Of a stretch of 64,000 nucleotides of DNA, positions 28,037-38,576 are shown piece by piece; positions within the stretch are counted from its first letter, which is position 1, and each line of letters begins with the position of its first letter. This stretch comes from an uncultured Acidobacteriota bacterium. GTDB lineage: Bacteria > Actinomycetota > Acidimicrobiia > Spongiisociales > ZC4RG35. The notes beneath the pieces were generated by a model. The model worked only from the letters and a program-made list of their open reading frames with translations. It ran no database searches and was not told the origin of the DNA. The stretch lies in the NCBI GenBank assembly GCA_963822895.1, contig CAWGJI010000005.1, forward strand, positions 51,633-115,632, given 5' to 3'. The position numbers and the translations under genes are program-made.

Positions 28037-29388
28037 GCCTCGGGGCGAAACGAATACATCTCGTCGGGGCCGGTGGTGCCGGGATGAGCGCCATCGCCAA
28101 GGTCCTCGCCGGGATGGGGCGCACAGTCTCGGGCTCCGACCTGCGCGGTGGCTCGACGCTCGACCGTTTGGTCGACTTCGGTGTCGAGACGTATACCGGG
28201 CACCACCCGGAGGTGGCCTCCGCGGCGGACCTCGTGGTGGCATCGTCGGCGGTCCCGGACAACGACCCGGAGCTCGTCGCTGCCCTCGATTCAGACGTCG
28301 AGGTCTGGCGACGGCCCGAACTCCTCGGTGCGCTGTCGGCGGACGTGCCCACCATCGGCGCCACCGGGACCCACGGGAAGACCACAACCACCGCACTGTT
28401 GGTGGCCGCCCTCCGATCCGCAGGCGAAGATCCGAGTTTCATCGTGGGTGGCGAGCTCGCCGATCTCGGCACGAACGGCCATTTCGGGTCATCGCCACTC
28501 TTCGTGATCGAGGCCGATGAGGCATTCCGGACTTTCGAGCGCCTGCACCTGACCGGCTTGGTGATCACCAATGTCGAGGTGGAGCATCTGGAGCACTTCG
28601 GCGACGAGTCAGACCTATACGAAAGCTTCAGACGTGTCGCCGCGGGTGTCGGGGGACCGGTGGTTGCATGTCGCGACGATCCGGGCTCGCATCGGGTCGC
28701 CTCCCAGACCGGCGCGGTCACCTACGGCTTGAGCCCCGACGCCGATTGGCGAATCGAAGACCTGGTCACGGGGGCGGGGGGAAGCTCGTTCACCCTCGTG
28801 AGCGCCGACACCAGGACGTCTATCTCCCTGGGCCGGCCCGGTGCCCACGTGGCGACGAATGCGGCCGGGGCACTGAGCCTGCTCGCCCTCCTCGGCTATG
28901 ACCTCGAGGCCTGTGCCGCCGGTTTGACCGCGTTTCGCGGAGTCGGCAGGAGATGGGAGCAGCGCGGCACCGTTGCCGGAGTGTCGATGGTGGATGACTA
29001 CGCGCATCACCCGACTGAGGTTCGGGCCACGCTGACCACTGCCCGCGATGCCACTCCCGGGAGGATTTGGGCGGTGTTTCAGCCTCATCTGTACAGCCGG
29101 ACGGCGAGGTTCAAGGACGACTTCGGGGCGGCTCTCAGCCTTGCCGACGAGGTGGTTGTAACCGATGTGTACCCGTCTCGTGAGGCCCCGGTTCCCGGGG
29201 TGACCGGTGCCCTCGTGGCCGAGGCGGCTAGAAGCCATGGGGCGAGCACCCACTACGTGCCTCACATGGCCGACTTGGCCGGCTTCCTCGCCGATCGGGT
29301 CGAATCGGGCGATCTGGTCTTGACCATGGGAGCCGGGGACATCACCGTGGTCCCAACCGAGCTGGCGATGCTCCTGGCTGTCAGATGA
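28033..29388 (+). CDS. murC: UDP-MurNAc:L-Ala ligase
   Basis: HLVGAGGAGMS, GTHGKTTT, EADE, DDYAHHPTE, FQPHLYSRT, MGAGDI. Confidence 0.97.
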   Translation: MSLGAKRIHLVGAGGAGMSAIAKVLAGMGRTVSGSDLRGGSTLDRLVDFGVETYTGHHPEVASAADLVVASSAVPDNDPELVAALDSDVEVWRRPELLGALSADVPTIGATGTHGKTTTTALLVAALRSAGEDPSFIVGGELADLGTNGHFGSSPLFVIEADEAFRTFERLHLTGLVITNVEVEHLEHFGDESDLYESFRRVAAGVGGPVVACRDDPGSHRVASQTGAVTYGLSPDADWRIEDLVTGAGGSSFTLVSADTRTSISLGRPGAHVATNAAGALSLLALLGYDLEACAAGLTAFRGVGRRWEQRGTVAGVSMVDDYAHHPTEVRATLTTARDATPGRIWAVFQPHLYSRTARFKDDFGAALSLADEVVVTDVYPSREAPVPGVTGALVAEAARSHGASTHYVPHMADLAGFLADRVESGDLVLTMGAGDITVVPTELAMLLAVR

Positions 29389-30287
29389 CCACCACCCTCG
29401 AGACGATGCTGGCAACGGGCTCGGCGACCGAGAATGTCCGGCTCGGCCCGTACACCACCTACAAGTCGGGGGGGCCGGTTCGTTACATGGTCGTCCTCGA
29501 GACCAGGGAAGACCTTCACAAGCTCGTCTCTCTCCGAGCGGAGTTGGATCTCCCGTTCCTGATAGTGGGGCGAGGGTCCAACCTCGTCGTCGCCGATGAG
29601 GGATTCGACGGCGTCGCGGTCCGGTTAGGCCCGGGGTTCTCGACGGTCGAGGTGGAAGACGGCCGCCTGGTGGGCGGTGGCTCCGCTCCACTATCGCTGG
29701 TGGCTCGCACCTCGGTGGAATCCGGGCTAGGGGGCCTCGAATTCTTCGTTGGGATTCCCGGGTCTGTGGGTGGAGCAGTCCGCCAGAACGCCGGTTGCTT
29801 CGGCTCGGAGACCCGCGACGTCCTGGAGGCGGCGACCGTTCTCGACCTGGCCGCCGCGTCTTCGCGATCCCTGACCCCGGATCAGCTCGAGATGAGCTAC
29901 CGCCACAGCAACGTGACATCGGATCAGCTCGTCGTCGAGGCGGTGTTTCGAGGGTCTCCCGCCGAGTCCGGCAGTGGTAAAGCCCTCCTGCGCGAGATAA
30001 CCCGATGGAGGAGGGACCATCAGCCGGGGGGGACCCTCAATGCGGGCAGCGTCTTCAAGAACCCGGTGCACATCAGCGCGGGCGAGTTGATCGACTCGAT
30101 CGGGCTGAAAGGGCTGTCCGTTGGGGACGCCTCGGTGTCCACCAAGCACGCCAATTTCATCGTTGCCGGCCCGGAAGCCACTTCCAGCGACATCAAGGCC
30201 CTGGTCGAAAGGGTGAAAGACCGCGTGTTCGAGGAGAGCGGAACCATGCTGGAGCCAGAGATCCAGTTCGTGGGGTTCGACCAATGA
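29385..30287 (+). CDS. murB: UDP-N-acetylenolpyruvoylglucosamine reductase
   Basis: GRGSNL, GIPGSVGGAVRQNAG, YRHS, NAGSVFKNP, KHANFI. Confidence 0.96.
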   Translation: MTTTLETMLATGSATENVRLGPYTTYKSGGPVRYMVVLETREDLHKLVSLRAELDLPFLIVGRGSNLVVADEGFDGVAVRLGPGFSTVEVEDGRLVGGGSAPLSLVARTSVESGLGGLEFFVGIPGSVGGAVRQNAGCFGSETRDVLEAATVLDLAAASSRSLTPDQLEMSYRHSNVTSDQLVVEAVFRGSPAESGSGKALLREITRWRRDHQPGGTLNAGSVFKNPVHISAGELIDSIGLKGLSVGDASVSTKHANFIVAGPEATSSDIKALVERVKDRVFEESGTMLEPEIQFVGFDQ

Positions 30288-31147
30288 CGATCGATCCGAG
30301 ATTGATGGAGAGAAGACGCGAGGTGGCGGAAGACCGCGCCCGGCGGACGGTGAGCCGTCTGATCAAATTCATGGTGCTGCTCGCGATCGTCGGGGTGATC
30401 GCATGGGCCTTTTTGTCACCGATGCTCAGTGTTCACGAGGTGCGGACGGCCGGCATCGTCTCCAGCGCTGCGCAGCGCACTCTCGTCGACGAGGGCTTGC
30501 TGCCCGGTACGCCCATGGTCTTCGTCAGGCCGGGCAAGGTGGAGTCCGCCCTCGAGATGGATCCGTGGGTCCGCGATGCCTCGGTGGAGTTGGACTGGCC
30601 CAATCGCGTGGTGGTAAAGGTCGAAGAGCGCGTTCCCCTCGCCTGGGTGGAAGTGGAGGGAGGTTGGGAGCGGACTGCAGTCGACGGCGTTGCCCTGTAC
30701 TCGACATCGGTCCCGGATGCGGAGTATCCCCACATCCAGGTCGGTGGTGATGCCGAGTCTGATCCAGACGTGGCCAGGTTGGTGCTCGGCTCGCTCGAGT
30801 TCGTCGATTCGCTGCCACCAGAATTGGCTTCGGCTGCCGTGGTCACGCTGGGAGGAGACGGGGAGTTGTGGGCCACGGTTGGTGGCTACGACGTCCGTCT
30901 CGGCCGCGCCACCGAGATGGAATCAAAGGCCCTGAGCCTGGCGGCTTTGCTCCAGGAGGAGATTCCCCAGGACTCTGTGCTCACGATGATCGCCCCCGCC
31001 CACCCGGCGGTCACCCCACCGGAGACGTCACCCGATTCGGGTGGGACCGTGGGGACGGATGGCGTCGCCGACGGGTCTGGGGCCACCGACAGTGGCGGCG
31101 TCGACACAGGTGGAAGCGGTTCTGATCAGGGGAGTGAGCAACCCTGA
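30284..31147 (+). CDS. ftsQ: cell division protein FtsQ/DivIB
   Basis: TM plus POTRA domain ('PWVRDASVELDWPNRVVVKVEER'); Gly/Ser/Asp-rich tail; position before ftsZ. Confidence 0.9.
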   Translation: MTIDPRLMERRREVAEDRARRTVSRLIKFMVLLAIVGVIAWAFLSPMLSVHEVRTAGIVSSAAQRTLVDEGLLPGTPMVFVRPGKVESALEMDPWVRDASVELDWPNRVVVKVEERVPLAWVEVEGGWERTAVDGVALYSTSVPDAEYPHIQVGGDAESDPDVARLVLGSLEFVDSLPPELASAAVVTLGGDGELWATVGGYDVRLGRATEMESKALSLAALLQEEIPQDSVLTMIAPAHPAVTPPETSPDSGGTVGTDGVADGSGATDSGGVDTGGSGSDQGSEQP

Positions 31148-31219
31148 ACCTCTACTAGAAGGTTAATTTGAATGGCTTTACTTAGCTCCCGGTGGACTGT
31201 AAACCTCTACTTCAGCTTT
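31147..31219. promoter_or_regulatory. imperfect palindrome AACCTCTACTAGAAGGTT and a partial second copy upstream of ftsZ
   Basis: 31147-31164; AACCTCTACT repeated at 31202; locally AT-rich spacer. Confidence 0.65.
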
Positions 31220-31242
31220 CGATTTCTCTGGAGGACATCGTT

Positions 31243-32292
31243 GTGAGCAGTTCGTCGAGTGGTGGCTATTTGGCCGTGATAAAGGTGGTCGGGGTAGGGG
31301 GCGGTGGCGTAAACGCGGTCAATCGTATGGTTGATGCCGGAATCAGGGGAGTCGAGTTCATTGCCCTGAACACCGACGCCCAGGCGCTGCTCATGAGTGA
31401 TGCGGATGTCAAGCTCGACATCGGGCGTGAGGTCACGAGAGGTCTTGGTGCGGGAGCGAACCCCGAGATCGGCCGGGCCGCCGCCGAGGAGCATCGAGCC
31501 GAGTTGGAGGATGCCCTCAAAGGCTCGGACATGGTTTTCATCACCGCCGGGGAAGGTGGTGGCACCGGCACCGGCGGGGCCCCGATCGTGGCCGAGGTGG
31601 CGAGGTCGGTCGGTGCGCTCACCGTGGGCGTCGTCACCCGTCCCTTCGGGTTCGAGGGACGTCGTCGCGCCGTGTATGCCGAACAGGGCATCGACGCCCT
31701 CAAGGACGCCGTTGACACCTTGATCGTCATTCCCAACGATCGTCTCCTCGACGTCGGGGATCCTGCCGCACCGATAGGTGAGACGTTCCGACTCGCAGAC
31801 GACGTGCTGATGTCCGGTGTCGCCGGGATCACCGACCTGATCACGACGCCGGGTCTGATCAACGTCGACTTCGCCGACGTGAGGACGATCATGTCCGACG
31901 CCGGTTCGTCGGTGATGGGAATCGGTCGTGCCACCGGCGAGAACCGGGCCAGGCAGGCTGCCGAGCGCGCCATAGCCAGCCCAATGCTGGAGACGTCGAT
32001 GGAAGGGGCGAAGGGAGTGCTGCTCTCAGTGGCGGGCCCTTCTTCGATGACACTCCACGAGGCGACCGAGGCAGCCAGAGTGGTCTCCGATCACGCCGAT
32101 GACGAGGCCGACATCATCTTCGGGGCCATAGTCGACGATGACCTCGGCGAGGAGATGAAGGTCACCGTCATTGCGGCCGGATTCGACCGGAGACGGCTGA
32201 GCAAACCTTCGACGACGACCCGCCCGGTCTCCTCGTACACGGCGCATGAGGACGACGACGATCTCGAGATCCCCAACTTCGTCCAAGGATGA
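31243..32292 (+). CDS. ftsZ: cell division protein FtsZ
   Basis: [37 protein letters not shown]-terminal LEIPNFV; GGAGG SD. Confidence 0.99.
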   Translation: MSSSSSGGYLAVIKVVGVGGGGVNAVNRMVDAGIRGVEFIALNTDAQALLMSDADVKLDIGREVTRGLGAGANPEIGRAAAEEHRAELEDALKGSDMVFITAGEGGGTGTGGAPIVAEVARSVGALTVGVVTRPFGFEGRRRAVYAEQGIDALKDAVDTLIVIPNDRLLDVGDPAAPIGETFRLADDVLMSGVAGITDLITTPGLINVDFADVRTIMSDAGSSVMGIGRATGENRARQAAERAIASPMLETSMEGAKGVLLSVAGPSSMTLHEATEAARVVSDHADDEADIIFGAIVDDDLGEEMKVTVIAAGFDRRRLSKPSTTTRPVSSYTAHEDDDDLEIPNFVQG

Positions 32293-33014
32293 TCCGGCCC
32301 CCCGAGACGAACGGGGTGGTCCCGCTGAACGGTGTTGCCTTGGAGAACGAAGTGGCCCTGGTGAACGGAGTGGCCTTGGTGAACGGAGTGGCCTTGGTGA
32401 ACGGAGTGGCCTTGGTGAACGGAGTGGCCTTCACCGACGCCAAGGACGGCGACATGCTCACCGATCCTCTCGCCAGGGCCGGCGTGTCGGCCCGGCTCGA
32501 CATTCCGACAGCCTGGGCCACGGTGCGCCAAGTACACGGAGCCCGGGTGGTCGAGGTAGACACCCCGGGGGATCACGGGCCGGCCGATGCGATGTGGACG
32601 ACACGACTTGATCTGCCTCTCGCCGTTCTGACCGCCGACTGCCTCGGTGTCGTGTTGAAGTCGGATGACGCAGTGGGTGTGGCCCACGCCGGATGGCGGG
32701 GTGCCGAATCGGGGATCGTCGGGAGTCTCCGAGACGAAATGGGTCGCTCCTCCGAGCCAACCCGGGCGTGGGTAGGGCCGGGAGTCGGCGTCTGCTGCTT
32801 CGAAGTGGGTGAGGACGTGTCCTCGTTGTTCCCGACGCATCTCGGGGAGACCACGTGGGGCTCCGTCTCCGTCGACCTGTTGGCGGTGATAAGCGCCCAG
32901 CTACAAGGTCTCGAGGTCTGGACAGCCGGCATATGCACCATGCACCAGCCTGGCTATTTCAGCCATCGGCACGATCGCACCCCGGCCCGCATGGCCGCCC
33001 TGGGTTGGCTGTGA
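32289..33014 (+). CDS. pgeF: PgeF/YfiH family (peptidoglycan editing factor, purine nucleoside phosphorylase-like)
   Basis: [35 protein letters not shown]. Confidence 0.92.
   Translation: MIRPPETNGVVPLNGVALENEVALVNGVALVNGVALVNGVALVNGVAFTDAKDGDMLTDPLARAGVSARLDIPTAWATVRQVHGARVVEVDTPGDHGPADAMWTTRLDLPLAVLTADCLGVVLKSDDAVGVAHAGWRGAESGIVGSLRDEMGRSSEPTRAWVGPGVGVCCFEVGEDVSSLFPTHLGETTWGSVSVDLLAVISAQLQGLEVWTAGICTMHQPGYFSHRHDRTPARMAALGWL
32310..32435 (+). repeat. 7 x 18-bp in-frame tandem repeat (consensus AACGGAGTGGCCTTGGTG)
   Basis: Encodes [42 protein letters not shown]; three units are identical. Confidence 0.97.
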
Positions 33015-33664
33015 GCTATCAGGAGGTCCTCGAGCGCGTCGCTGGGGCCTGTCGCCGGGTGGGTCGCGAGCCGGAAACGGTCACCTTGGTGGCCGTTTCG
33101 AAGACCAAGCCGGTGTCAGACATCATGAGGCTCTACGAGTTGGGTCATCGCGATTTCGGCGAGAACCGCGCGCAGGAGATGTCGGATAAGGCATCCGCGC
33201 TGCCCGACGACATCCGGTGGCACTTCATCGGCGCCCTCCAGTCGAACAAGGCCAGGCTGATCCGGCCGATCACCCACCTGCTCCACTCCATGGATCGGCC
33301 ATCATTGGGCTCGGCATGGATGAAGGGGCAGGGCATGCCTCCCCCGGTGCTCATTCAGGTGAACACCGGGCGAGAGCCACAGAAGGCCGGTGTCATGCAA
33401 GAGGATGCGGGCGAGCTGTTGGACCTCTTGGTTGGCCAGGGGCACCAAGTGAGTGGTGTCATGGCCATCCCGCCCTTGGTCGACGATGCCGAGCAGCAAC
33501 GACCACAGTTTCGATTGCTGCGTCAGATCAGAGATCAACTGGCCCAGGTGGAGCCATCGGTTCGGGAGCTCTCGATGGGGATGACCGACGACTTCGAGAT
33601 GGCAATCGAGGAGGGCGCCTCCATGATTCGCGTGGGACGGGCTATCTTTGGCGAGCGAACTTGA
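33011..33664 (+). CDS. yggS: YggS-family PLP homeostasis protein
   Basis: [43 protein letters not shown]. Confidence 0.96.
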   Translation: MSYQEVLERVAGACRRVGREPETVTLVAVSKTKPVSDIMRLYELGHRDFGENRAQEMSDKASALPDDIRWHFIGALQSNKARLIRPITHLLHSMDRPSLGSAWMKGQGMPPPVLIQVNTGREPQKAGVMQEDAGELLDLLVGQGHQVSGVMAIPPLVDDAEQQRPQFRLLRQIRDQLAQVEPSVRELSMGMTDDFEMAIEEGASMIRVGRAIFGERT

Positions 33665-33676
33665 CCGGAGACCTCG

Positions 33677-34201
33677 ATGTCATCACTATTTTCAAAAGCC
33701 CTGGTGTACCTGGGATTAGTCGATGAGGACCAGATGGACGGTGAGACATCGGAGAGACAGCAGCAGCAGCAGCCACAGGAGGAATACCTCCGCCGGGTCG
33801 AGCCGCTGCCTCAGAGCCGCCGGGTCGAGCCACCACCGACGGCCCGGGCCGCCAATCGCCCGCAGACTCGTGTCGAGCCCGTGGGCGCCGTGGAGCTGGT
33901 TCGACCGGTCGAGGTCCAGTCGGACATCATCCTCATCGAGGAGTTTGGTGACGCCCGGATCCTGGCCGACCGAGTGAGGGATCGGGTGCCCGTGGTCATG
34001 GACATGCGTCGAGCCGAGTCAGAGCTGGTCAGACGTGTGGTGGACTTCTCATCCGGCCTCATCTACGCCCTCGATGGCTCCATGAGAAAGGTGGGCGACG
34101 GACTGGTCCTGGTCCTGCCGCCTCGGGTGATGCTGAGCCGTGATGAGAAGCGCCGACTCTCCGCTCTCGGCGCCTATGAGCTCGACGACGTAGACGACTG
34201 A
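33677..34201 (+). CDS. sepF: cell division protein SepF
   Basis: KALVYLGL amphipathic helix; [18 protein letters not shown]. Confidence 0.93.
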   Translation: MSSLFSKALVYLGLVDEDQMDGETSERQQQQQPQEEYLRRVEPLPQSRRVEPPPTARAANRPQTRVEPVGAVELVRPVEVQSDIILIEEFGDARILADRVRDRVPVVMDMRRAESELVRRVVDFSSGLIYALDGSMRKVGDGLVLVLPPRVMLSRDEKRRLSALGAYELDDVDD

Positions 34202-34204
34202 CAA

Positions 34205-34474
34205 GTGGATGTCATCGGACTGCTAGTCCTGGTACTGAGGATCTATTTCTATGCCGTCATCGTCTGGGTGATCCTGTCTTGGATCCCAACCTCTTCGGGT
34301 CACCCTCTCGGTCGGCTCAACGTGTTTCTCGACCGGATCATCTACCCGGTGATCCTGCCGTTGCGTCGCGTCATCCCCCCACTGAGGCTGGGGGGCGGGA
34401 TGCTCGATCTGTCGCCGATCGTCCTCTTGATCGGCATCAATCTGATCATGAGTGTCCTGGTCAGGATCGGCTGA
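34205..34474 (+). CDS. YggT/YlmG family membrane protein
   Basis: ILSWIP, PLRRVIPPL, LDLSPIV. Confidence 0.93.
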   Translation: MDVIGLLVLVLRIYFYAVIVWVILSWIPTSSGHPLGRLNVFLDRIIYPVILPLRRVIPPLRLGGGMLDLSPIVLLIGINLIMSVLVRIG

Positions 34475-34527
34475 TGCTTGGACGGGAAGCAAAAGCTCCG
34501 TAATCTCCGCTGGGAAGGGAAAGAACC

Positions 34528-35250
34528 ATGGCATTGACACCATCAGACATCGAGAAGAAGACCTTCTCCACAGCTCTACGCGGCTATGACCTGGACGAGG
34601 TCGACGACTTCCTGGACGAGATGGTTGGATCCCTGAGGGATCTGCAGGAGGAAGTGGCCCAGGCGAAGGCGCGCGTGGCAGAGCTCGAGCGGGGTGGTGC
34701 CACGGCCGGTGACCATGCGGCTCCCGCAGTGGTGGCGGACGAGTCGGCTGTCGGCCGGGCCCTCGTGGCGGCCCAGGAGACGGCCGATCGCATGTTGGAG
34801 GATGCCAAGAAGGAGGCCGAGGACATCGTCCGGGCGGCCCGCTCGGAGGCAGACAACTTCACGATGGAACGCGACGCCAAGAAGGCCGAAATCGACGCCG
34901 AGATGGCTGAGATGTCGCAACAGGTCGCCGGCGTGCGAACCCAGCTGGCCTCCTTGGCCACGGCGGTCGCCGATCGGCTCGACGAGATGGACTCCGTGAT
35001 AGCCGGCAAGGCCGAGACGGCGTCCGAGCCCGACACGGTGCCTGCTGACGACGATCTCGTAGTCGAAGAGGAAGCCACGGTGGAAGCGTCAGAGATCGAC
35101 CTGGCCATCGATGAGGTCGCATCGGGGGAGGAAGCGTCGCCCGATGGGGAGATGGGTGATGGCGAGATGTTGGACGAGACTTCAGAGGAGGGGTCCGAGG
35201 GCACGTCCGACGAGGGCACCTCCGACGACGAGGCAACTACCTCGGCGTAG
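34528..35250 (+). CDS. divIVA: DivIVA/Wag31 polar growth protein
   Basis: LTPSDIEKKTFSTALRGYDLDEVDDFLD, coiled coil, acidic tail. Confidence 0.93.
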   Translation: MALTPSDIEKKTFSTALRGYDLDEVDDFLDEMVGSLRDLQEEVAQAKARVAELERGGATAGDHAAPAVVADESAVGRALVAAQETADRMLEDAKKEAEDIVRAARSEADNFTMERDAKKAEIDAEMAEMSQQVAGVRTQLASLATAVADRLDEMDSVIAGKAETASEPDTVPADDDLVVEEEATVEASEIDLAIDEVASGEEASPDGEMGDGEMLDETSEEGSEGTSDEGTSDDEATTSA

Positions 35251-35253
35251 TCG

Positions 35254-38200
35254 TCATTGGCGTTCGATCGCCAGCCCGACTGCCCTCCCGTCGACATCGA
35301 AGACTTCGATCGGCGCGTCGTCGACGTCACGTGTGAACACCGCCAGAACCTCGTTGGCGATCTCCTCCCCGTGAGAGTCGATTGCCTTTCGCACTAGATC
35401 GTCCGAACTCTGCCAGTAGAGGCCAATCCGGTCCGTGACGTCGAGGTCGGCGTCTCTTCGCAGTCTTTGGATCCGGCTGACCAACTCTCTGGCCATGCCC
35501 TCCAGCTCCAGCTCGGGGCTGATATGTGTGTCGATGACGACGGCCATGTCGTCACTCGTCTCCACGAGGGTCTCGGCACGCGGTGTCCGCTCGATGGTGA
35601 GGTCATCCTCCGTCAGATCGACGCCGGCCACCGAGATCGTCTCGCCGGAAGTTACCTTGCGTATCTGAGCGGACTCGAGATCGGCGATGACCGCAGCCAC
35701 CTCGCGCATACGGTCTCCGAGCATTGGGCCGAGCCGACGGAAGTTCGCCTTGGCCGACACCACGACGAATGACTCCTCGTCGTCGGATGTCTCGACCGAC
35801 TTCACGTTCAGCTCCTCGGCCACCACGTCACGATGGGTGGCCACCGCCGCAGCCACGTTGGGGTCGCGTGTCAGGACGGTGATGCGGGGGAGTGGCTGAC
35901 GAACCCGGTGGCCCTCTTTCTTCCGGAGATTGCGTCCGAGCCGGACCACCTCCCTCACGACGGCCATCGACCGTTCCAGCTCGGGGTCGATGATCGTCTG
36001 GTCGGCTTCTGGAAAGTCCCGATGATGGACACTGGGGACGGCATCGTCGTCGTGTCCCACCACCAGGTCCTGGTAGATGTGCTCGGTGATGAAGGGGAGG
36101 ACCGGCGCCAGCACTTCGGCGAACCTCGTCAGGACCTCGTACAGGGTGGCGAAGGCAGCCAGCTTGTCTGCATCACCCTCTCCCGACTCGCCACGTGCCC
36201 TCCAGAACCGACGTCGCGACCTGCGTATGTACCAGTTGGTGAGATGGTCGATGAAGCCAAGAGTTGGCGGGACGACGTTGTACAGGTAGTACCCCTGCAT
36301 CTGCTCGTTCACCTCTGATATCAGGCTCTGCAGCACCGAGAGGATCCAACGATCCATCTCGGAGCGCTCACTCGCCGGGGGGGCGGATCTCAGGTCCGAG
36401 ATCGTGACTCCGTCTGCCTCGGCGTAGGTGGTGAAGAAGGAGTAGGTGTTCCACATCGGCAGGAGGACGGTCCGCACCACCTCGGCGACGCCATCGATGC
36501 TGAACCTGAGCGGTTCGGCGCGCAACACAGGTGAGTTGATGAGAAAGGCCCGAAGCGCATCGGCGCCGTAGGAGTCGAAGACCTCGAACGGATCCGGGTA
36601 GTTCTTGAGGCTCTTCGACATCTTGCGTCCGTCCTCGGCGAGGATCAGACCGTTGACCACGCAGTTCTCGAACGCCGGCTCGTCGAAGAGGGCGGTGGAG
36701 AGCACGATGAGGGTGTAGAACCATCCGCGGGTCTGGTCGAGGCCCTCGGCGATGAACTTCGCCGGGAACGACGCCTCGAAACGCTCGGTGTTCTCGAATG
36801 GGTAGTGGACCATGCCGTACGGCATCGAGCCCGACTCGAACCAGCAGTCGAGAACCTCCGGGACGCGAACCATCGACCCCCGACACTTGGCGCATTCCCA
36901 ACCGATGTCGTCCACGACGTGCTTGTGCAGGTCGTCCGGACGTGTGCCGGAGAGCCTCTCCAGCTCATCGAGGGAACCGACGGCCACCTGCTCCTCGCAT
37001 TGGTCGCATTGCCAGACGGGGATGCACGATCCCCAATAGCGATTCCTGCTTATGGCCCAATCCCGGGCATTCTCCAGCCAATTGCCGAAGCGCTTGGAGC
37101 CGACGTAGTCGGGAACCCAATGGATGGTCTCGTTGATCTCCACCATCCGGTCCCGGAAGGTCTCCACCGCCACGAACCAGGTGGGGATCGCCTTGTAGAT
37201 GAGTGGTGTGCCGGTCCGGTAGCAGAAGGGGTACGAGTGGACGATTCGCTTGGAGGAGACCAGCTTGCCCGATGTCTCGAGGATCTCGATCAATGTCGCA
37301 TCGGCCTCCTTGACGTTGACACCCTCCACCACCGGGACCAACTCGTTGAAGTTGCCCCCGTCGTCGACGGGGTCGACGAGGACAGTGATGCCTGCGTTCT
37401 GCAGGGCGAAGAAGTCGGCCTCGCCATAGGCAGGCGCCATGTGCACCAGCCCCGTCCCTTCGTCGACCGTGACGTCATCCGACGCGATCACACGAAAAGC
37501 GCCGTGGTCGCGTTCCTCGCCGAAGAAGTCGAAGGGTGGGTCATATGAGACACCGAGGAGCTCGGAGCCACGAGCAGATGCCAGCTCCCGGTAGTTGTCG
37601 CCGAATGCGAGCTCGACCCGGTCCTTCGAGACCCAGTAATGGGCACCATCGCTCTCGACACGCACGTAGTCGATGTCCTCACCGACCGCCACGGCCAGGT
37701 TGGCCGGGAGTGTCCATGGTGTGGTGGTCCAGATGACGAGGTAGTCGCCCGCCTCGACAGGGCCCTGGCCCTCCAGCACCTCGAGACGGACCGTGATCGA
37801 GGGATCCTCCACGTCCCGGTAGTCGAGGTTCGCCTCGAAGTTCGACAGCGGGGTGGTGGCACCGTAGGAATAGGGCAGGACCTTGAAGTCCCGATAGATC
37901 AGGCCCTTGTCCCATAGCTGCTTGAACACCCACCAGACGGTCTCCATGAAGGTGGCGTCCATGGTCTTGTAGTCGTTCTCGAAGTCGACCCAGCGCCCGA
38001 TCCGCTCGGTGAGAACCTCCCATGTCTCCGTGTTGGCTTGGACCCTGACGCGGCACGCTTCGTTGAATCGGTCGATTCCGTACTCGGCGATCTGACGCGG
38101 CCCCGAGATCCCGAGGTTCTTCTCCACCTCCATCTCGATGGGGAGGCCATGGGTGTCCCACCCGAAGCGCCTCTCCACCCGGTATCCCCTCATCGTCCAA

Positions 38201-38454
38201 TACCGGGGAACCACGTCCTTGATGACGCCGGCCAGGAGGTTCCCATAATGGGGGCTGCCGGTCGGGAAGGGAGGACCGTCATAGAAGACGTACTCGTTGT
38301 CGGAGGGCCTGCGCCGAACCGACTCGCCAAATGCGTCGATCTCACGCCACAACCCGAGGATGCCCGACTCCAGTGTGGGGAAGTGCACCGAAGGGAGCGC
38401 CCTGCTGAATGTGGCCTCTGATTTGTTTTGTCGATGTCGACGATCGGGGGACAT
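35254..38454 (-). CDS. ileS: isoleucine-tRNA ligase, type 2
   Basis: FYDGPPFPTGSPHYGN, GWDTHGLP, WTTTPWTLP, GTGLVH, DWAISRNRYWG, EGLDQTRGWF, KMSKS. Confidence 0.98.
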   Translation of the reverse strand: MSPDRRHRQNKSEATFSRALPSVHFPTLESGILGLWREIDAFGESVRRRPSDNEYVFYDGPPFPTGSPHYGNLLAGVIKDVVPRYWTMRGYRVERRFGWDTHGLPIEMEVEKNLGISGPRQIAEYGIDRFNEACRVRVQANTETWEVLTERIGRWVDFENDYKTMDATFMETVWWVFKQLWDKGLIYRDFKVLPYSYGATTPLSNFEANLDYRDVEDPSITVRLEVLEGQGPVEAGDYLVIWTTTPWTLPANLAVAVGEDIDYVRVESDGAHYWVSKDRVELAFGDNYRELASARGSELLGVSYDPPFDFFGEERDHGAFRVIASDDVTVDEGTGLVHMAPAYGEADFFALQNAGITVLVDPVDDGGNFNELVPVVEGVNVKEADATLIEILETSGKLVSSKRIVHSYPFCYRTGTPLIYKAIPTWFVAVETFRDRMVEINETIHWVPDYVGSKRFGNWLENARDWAISRNRYWGSCIPVWQCDQCEEQVAVGSLDELERLSGTRPDDLHKHVVDDIGWECAKCRGSMVRVPEVLDCWFESGSMPYGMVHYPFENTERFEASFPAKFIAEGLDQTRGWFYTLIVLSTALFDEPAFENCVVNGLILAEDGRKMSKSLKNYPDPFEVFDSYGADALRAFLINSPVLRAEPLRFSIDGVAEVVRTVLLPMWNTYSFFTTYAEADGVTISDLRSAPPASERSEMDRWILSVLQSLISEVNEQMQGYYLYNVVPPTLGFIDHLTNWYIRRSRRRFWRARGESGEGDADKLAAFATLYEVLTRFAEVLAPVLPFITEHIYQDLVVGHDDDAVPSVHHRDFPEADQTIIDPELERSMAVVREVVRLGRNLRKKEGHRVRQPLPRITVLTRDPNVAAAVATHRDVVAEELNVKSVETSDDEESFVVVSAKANFRRLGPMLGDRMREVAAVIADLESAQIRKVTSGETISVAGVDLTEDDLTIERTPRAETLVETSDDMAVVIDTHISPELELEGMARELVSRIQRLRRDADLDVTDRIGLYWQSSDDLVRKAIDSHGEEIANEVLAVFTRDVDDAPIEVFDVDGRAVGLAIERQ

Positions 38455-38576
38455 TGGGATCGGGAATGGTAGGGCTTGTCAGACGTTCTCTCGATGACGG
38501 GAATCGACGCTGGCGAAAACTCGACAAATAGCAGCCGACCGTTGGTAGGGTTCCCGCCCTTTACGAGGTGTAAGAC

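Noticed and set aside
32310-32435. Possible CRISPR array
   Set aside because: Contiguous 18-bp units without spacers, in frame within a gene; no cas genes in the window
33758-33772. (CAG)5 tract in sepF, and short 15-bp repeats at the divIVA 3' end
   Set aside because: Short in-frame low-complexity linker sequence; too small to suggest phase variation
35254-38454. ileS inverted relative to divIVA and lspA as evidence of a recent inversion
   Set aside because: No repeats or recombinase at the ends; I recall a similar layout in other Actinobacteria (not verified here)
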